Shown: in pieces, positions 59,801 through 64,000 of the stretch
Position numbering within the stretch: position 1 is the first letter of the stretch
Layout: each line of letters begins with the position of its first letter
Assembly: GCA_963677975.1 (NCBI GenBank)
Contig: OY782677.1
Location: 710,774-774,773, forward strand
Direction: 5' to 3'
Length of the DNA: 64,000 bases
Source: Bacteroidales bacterium
GTDB taxonomy: Bacteria > Bacteroidota > Bacteroidia > Bacteroidales > UBA4417
Notes under the pieces: model-generated
What the model saw: the letters and a program-made list of their open reading frames with translations, nothing else
Databases searched by the model: none
Told to the model about the DNA's origin: nothing
Position numbers and translations under genes: made by a program

Positions 59801-60607
59801 ATGAAGATTGTAGAGGCTCTCATACTTACATTAATACTCATGCTTGCTTTGGCCTGCTTTTCGGATGCAAAAGCCTCTCCGGAACAAGTGGTTTTTACCG
59901 GCAGAACTTCGGATAGCACCGAAACTAACAAGGTCGATGAATATCACATACTGAATCTTCAGATTCGCGACAATAAAATCGACAAACTGGAAGCCCTCGC
60001 CCAGTTAACCAAGATTCTGCAATATTCGAAACAGATGTATTATGAGCAAAGTAACGGCGATACACTGGTTAAGCCCTGGATATTTCCCTTGCAGAATTAT
60101 AATTACCTGTCAATCGGCGGCCGTAATGGCAGCGGTTATATAGTTTCGCATTTCGACTATTTCGATATGACCACAACAGGTGGACATCCGGCACAGGACA
60201 TTTTCATAAAAGATAAAAATCAGGACACCAAAGACGATATTACATTGAAACCAGTCAGTGTACTGTCAGTTACATCGGGAATAGTGCTCGATACTGAAAA
60301 CTGCTGGACATCTGACAGCATATGGAAGGGAGGGAAATACATCCATATTTATGATCCAGTTTCCAAAAGCATTTTCTATTATGCTCACAACGATTCGGTC
60401 ATGGTTAAAGCCGGCGATATTGTTAAACAAGGTGATTCAATTGCTTTTGTTGGTCGTACCGGGTTAAGAGCCTATGCGAAAAGATCACCTACACACCTGC
60501 ATTTTGCCCAGCTTAAACTTGACGAAACCGGGTATCCGCGCCCGGTAAATCCGTATAAAGCTCTTGTTAAATCAAAAAGCATTTATATTACTCCCCCTAA
60601 ACATTAA
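59801..60607 (+). CDS. M23-family metallopeptidase
   Basis: GHPAQDIF (HxxxD), YYAHND...VKAGD.VK.GD.I..VGRTG, PTHLHF (HxH), VNPY. Confidence 0.88.
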   Translation: MKIVEALILTLILMLALACFSDAKASPEQVVFTGRTSDSTETNKVDEYHILNLQIRDNKIDKLEALAQLTKILQYSKQMYYEQSNGDTLVKPWIFPLQNYNYLSIGGRNGSGYIVSHFDYFDMTTTGGHPAQDIFIKDKNQDTKDDITLKPVSVLSVTSGIVLDTENCWTSDSIWKGGKYIHIYDPVSKSIFYYAHNDSVMVKAGDIVKQGDSIAFVGRTGLRAYAKRSPTHLHFAQLKLDETGYPRPVNPYKALVKSKSIYITPPKH

Positions 60608-60815
60608 ATTCCACTGACGTCTAATTATTCTAACAGATTTCGTCGGGGCATTTTAAAAAAGGGGCGGAAAAAGGATATATTTGAAGGATGGAACCTGCTT
60701 ACGGATTGTTTCGCCGGCTAATATGGGTAATCCGGGAACAAAAAACTGCATTTCGCCGTTTTAGGCTTTTCAACGGGTTTTTAGAAAAGTACTTTTACGA
60801 AAAAAACAGAAAGAT

Positions 60816-61730
60816 ATGCAAACAATTTTAGGATCAGGGGGTATTATTGCCAATCATCTAGCAAAAGCACTACCCCAATATACTGAAAACACTCGCCTGG
60901 TAAGCCGTAACCCGAAAGCCGTAACAGGGAAAGAAGAACTCTTTTCAGCCGATCTTACCTCCGCTGATCAGGTAATGAAAGCCGTAAAAGGGTCTGCTGT
61001 TGTTTACCTCACAGCCGGATTGCAGTACAATATTAAAACCTGGCAGCAACAATGGCCGGGCCTGATGCAGAATGTTATCCATGCCTGTCAGGAAAATGGT
61101 TCGAAACTGGTCTTTTTCGACAATGTTTATATGTATGGAAAAGTTACCGGACCAATGACGGAACAAACACCTTTTAACCCATGCAGCAAAAAAGGAGAAA
61201 TTAGAGCCCAAATAGCCACAATGATATTAGACGAAGTTGCAAAAGGCTCATTAACGGCCTTAATAGCACGCGCAGCCGATTTTTACGGGCCCGAAACCTT
61301 TAACAGTTTCCTTCACATGATGGTTTTCGAAAACCTGAAGAAAGGAAAAAGTGCCCAGTTGTTGATCAGCAAAAAACTGAAACACTCATTTACTTACACA
61401 CCTGATGCCGGGAAAGCTACTGCTCTCCTGGGGAATACGCCTTCAGCCTTTAATAAGACCTGGCACCTCCCAACTGATATGAATGTTCTTACCGGCTCTG
61501 AAATGGTTGAAATAGCAGCCAGGGAATTAAATATAAAACCTAAAATAACCGTTCTGCCCCGTATTATGGTTCAAATCGCAGGTTTGTTCAATCCCATTAT
61601 AAAGGAAAGCGTTGAAATGCTTTATCAATATGATTCTGAATATATTTTCGATTCAGGTAAATTTGATAAGGCGTTCAGCTTCGATAAGGTACTCTATCCC
61701 GAGGGAATACGCAATTCGGTGAAGCCATAG
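60816..61730 (+). CDS. NAD-dependent epimerase/dehydratase family protein
   Basis: TILGSGG.I, VFFDNVYMYG, KKG.IRA, RAADFYG, FTYTPDA. Confidence 0.9.
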   Translation: MQTILGSGGIIANHLAKALPQYTENTRLVSRNPKAVTGKEELFSADLTSADQVMKAVKGSAVVYLTAGLQYNIKTWQQQWPGLMQNVIHACQENGSKLVFFDNVYMYGKVTGPMTEQTPFNPCSKKGEIRAQIATMILDEVAKGSLTALIARAADFYGPETFNSFLHMMVFENLKKGKSAQLLISKKLKHSFTYTPDAGKATALLGNTPSAFNKTWHLPTDMNVLTGSEMVEIAARELNIKPKITVLPRIMVQIAGLFNPIIKESVEMLYQYDSEYIFDSGKFDKAFSFDKVLYPEGIRNSVKP

Positions 61731-61882
61731 TTACAAATTCCAGTTCACAGTGATTTTGTTCAAAGTCAAAATTGCAATTCAGAAACCTCCATTCACCTTG
61801 TCCCCCGCTCAACTTGTCTCCCTGTCTCTGGTTAAGACGCTTGCCAGTCATCCTAATTGAACAGGGTACTGAAAAGTACAAC

Positions 61883-62845
61883 CTAAATGAGCCCCAATTC
61901 CATTTTTAACCGTATAGCCCGAAGCATATCCTTAGTCATGCTTTCGAGGTTCCAGCCTGGGGTCCAGCCCCACTCAGCTCGAGCGCAGGAATCATCCATA
62001 CTGTTGGGCCACGAATTGGCTATGCCTTGTTTCATCGGATCTACGTTGTAATCCATAACGAAACCGGGGATGTGTTTGCGTATTTCGGCTGCAATAATCT
62101 CCGGGTCGAAACTCATGGCCGTAACATTGAACGAGTTGCGGTGAATAAGTTTTACCGGATCTGCTTCCATCAGGTTGATGGCTGCATCGAGGGCATCAGG
62201 CATATACATCATATCAAGGAAAGTTCCTGCTCCCAGCGGACAGGTATATTTACCGGTTTTGACGGCTTCATAGTAAATCTCAACGGCATAATCGGTTGTG
62301 CCGCCACCTGGTAGGGTTACATTTGAAATAATCCCCGGGAAACGGACCGATCGGGTATCAACCCCGAATTTTTTGTAATAATAATCGCTTAACAGTTCGC
62401 CGGTTACTTTGGTAATGCCATACATGGTTTGAGGACGTTGAATAGTATCCTGCGGCGTATGGTCGAGCGGGGTGCTAGGCCCGAATGAGCCAATCGAACT
62501 CGGTGTAAAAAGGGCACACCCGAACTCCCGGGCTACCTCGAGGCAGTTCATTAATCCGTTAACGCCAATATGCCAGGCCATCAGAGGCTTGGTTTCCCCA
62601 ACAGCCGAGAGTATAGCCGCCAGGTTATAAATAGTATCAATCTGATATTTTTTAACAAGGTCAGAAATTTCCTGCACCTGCGTAACGTCCACATATTCGG
62701 CCGGGCCCGATTCAAGAAGTTCGCCTGTGGGTTCCGGTCGAAAATAGCCGGCAACCACATGGCTGTTTCCATATATTTTCCTGAGTTTCATGGTTAGCTC
62801 CGAACCTATCTGGCCTACTGCCCCGATAACGAGAATATTCTTCAT
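61883..62845 (-). CDS. L-threonine 3-dehydrogenase (SDR/epimerase type)
   Basis: IGAVGQIGSEL, LAAILSA.GE, PSSI..FG, P.TMYGITK, PGGGTTDYAV, MMYMPD. Divergent from kbl. The likely start is ATG 62845. Confidence 0.88.
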   Translation of the reverse strand: MKNILVIGAVGQIGSELTMKLRKIYGNSHVVAGYFRPEPTGELLESGPAEYVDVTQVQEISDLVKKYQIDTIYNLAAILSAVGETKPLMAWHIGVNGLMNCLEVAREFGCALFTPSSIGSFGPSTPLDHTPQDTIQRPQTMYGITKVTGELLSDYYYKKFGVDTRSVRFPGIISNVTLPGGGTTDYAVEIYYEAVKTGKYTCPLGAGTFLDMMYMPDALDAAINLMEADPVKLIHRNSFNVTAMSFDPEIIAAEIRKHIPGFVMDYNVDPMKQGIANSWPNSMDDSCARAEWGWTPGWNLESMTKDMLRAIRLKMELGLI

Positions 62846-63078
62846 GCAAAAACTTTGTTTGTTGTTAAACGATTCACAGATTGCCGCAAAATTAAACAAA
62901 TTTGCTTACCTCGGCCCTTATTTAAAGGGTTAGACTATATATTTTTAGTATATTGACATTCAGACAAATACAACACAAAATTAAGTAATTTACGGATTCA
63001 GAACCCTTGAGTTGCGAAACTGTTCCGAATTAGAGGCTGAATTAGTCAAATTTCCTTTTTGGCAGGCCAATATTTTTT

Positions 63079-63086
63079 ACCTTTGC
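63079..63086 (+). promoter_or_regulatory. Bacteroidota sigma-A -7 box (TAnnTTTG) upstream of kbl
   Basis: TACCTTTG about 50 nt before the kbl ATG. The divergent TAATTTTG for tdh is at 62887-62894 (minus). Confidence 0.6.
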
Positions 63087-63134
63087 CCGCAATTGCTAAC
63101 AAATATTTACCACTTTTAATAGAAGAAGGAAACT

Positions 63135-64000
63135 ATGTACGAAAAATTCCAGGAACACCTTAAGAAAGAACTGGCAGCAATAAAAGAAGCGGGACTTTAT
63201 AAGACCGAGAGAGTCATACTGTCGCCACAGGGGGTTGAGATAACAACTGAAAACGGTAAAAGAGTACTCAACTTTTGTGCGAACAATTACCTTGGATTGA
63301 GCAACGATCCACGTGTTATGGCTGCGGCAAACTACACTTTTTTCAGGTATGGCTATGGAATGTCATCAGTAAGATTTATTTGCGGAACTCAAAAAGTACA
63401 TAAAGATCTTGAAAAAAAGATCAGCGAATTCCTAGGTACCGATGATACTATTCTTTTTTCTTCGGCTTTTGATGCCAACGGTGGCGTTTTTGAACCCTTA
63501 CTGGGCGAGCAGGATGCAATTATTTCCGACGAGTTGAACCATGCCTCAATTATCGATGGGGTAAGGCTTTGTAAAGCACAGCGTTTTCGTTACAAAAACA
63601 ACGATATGGAAGACCTGGAAGAAGTATTGCAGGATGCAGGCGAAGCCCGGTTTAAACTGATCGTTACTGATGGCGTTTTTTCAATGGATGGCATTGTTGC
63701 CCGCATTGATAAAATATGTGACCTGGCTAAGAAATACAATGCAATGGTTATGGTCGACGATTCACATGCAACTGGGTTTATGGGTGCAACAGGCCGCGGC
63801 ACACCCGAACACTGTCATGTGCAGGATCGTGTTGATATTATATCAACAACTTTCGGGAAAGCATTGGGCGGAGCATCCGGTGGATGTATTTCAGGGCGTA
63901 AAGAAATAATTGATATGCTCAGGCAGCGTTCGCGCCCCTATTTGTTCTCAAATACTTTGGCGCCGGCTATAACCGGAGCTACACTTGAAGTACTTAATAT
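63135..64000 (+). CDS. kbl: Glycine C-acetyltransferase (2-amino-3-ketobutyrate CoA ligase), runs off the window end
   Basis: Not in the ORF track. ATG 63135 gives [13 protein letters not shown]...[12 protein letters not shown]...[10 protein letters not shown]...[11 protein letters not shown]...DGVFSMDG...DDSHATG...[12 protein letters not shown]. Confidence 0.96.
   Translation, partial: MYEKFQEHLKKELAAIKEAGLYKTERVILSPQGVEITTENGKRVLNFCANNYLGLSNDPRVMAAANYTFFRYGYGMSSVRFICGTQKVHKDLEKKISEFLGTDDTILFSSAFDANGGVFEPLLGEQDAIISDELNHASIIDGVRLCKAQRFRYKNNDMEDLEEVLQDAGEARFKLIVTDGVFSMDGIVARIDKICDLAKKYNAMVMVDDSHATGFMGATGRGTPEHCHVQDRVDIISTTFGKALGGASGGCISGRKEIIDMLRQRSRPYLFSNTLAPAITGATLEVLN

Noticed and set aside
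61883-64000. Divergent tdh/kbl pair as a novel system
   Set aside because: This is the well-known threonine-to-glycine catabolic pathway.

Overview
Bacterial genomic DNA that looks like Bacteroidota, probably Bacteroidales. The basis is repeated TAnnTTTG -7 promoter boxes, T9SS C-terminal sorting domains, gldH and a beta-propeller hybrid kinase. Most of the window is housekeeping or envelope genes: an NDK-like protein, hybrid histidine kinase, aldo/keto reductase, IcmF-type fused mutase (frameshifted), MBL hydrolase, acyl-CoA ligase, CotH protein, FKBP, satP, comF, asd, ribF, gldH, mnmA, GH29 fucosidase, an AmmeMemoRadiSam B/A fusion, an M23 peptidase and the tdh/kbl pair. An accessory defence-like island lies at about 7.7-23.5 kb. 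It holds a type I R-M operon with a Lys/Glu-depleted BglII-like nuclease gene between hsdS and hsdR, then an unknown ART-like gene, a cytoplasmic trypsin-like protease, an EndoU-domain gene destroyed by an IS21 plus a frameshift, an orphan AbiGi and a K+ channel. Two complete IS elements with target-site duplications are present (IS21 at 17854-20617, IS5-like at 32838-34521). Non-coding structure worth following up: two convergent copies of a pseudoknot plus long-hairpin element (27.1-27.6 kb), a DUF559 nuclease bracketed by three palindromic REP-like repeats, a 21-bp degenerate array, and several 7-8-bp degenerate arrays near gene ends. I saw no tRNA, rRNA or CRISPR array. All family assignments come from motif recognition by eye, not from database searches.
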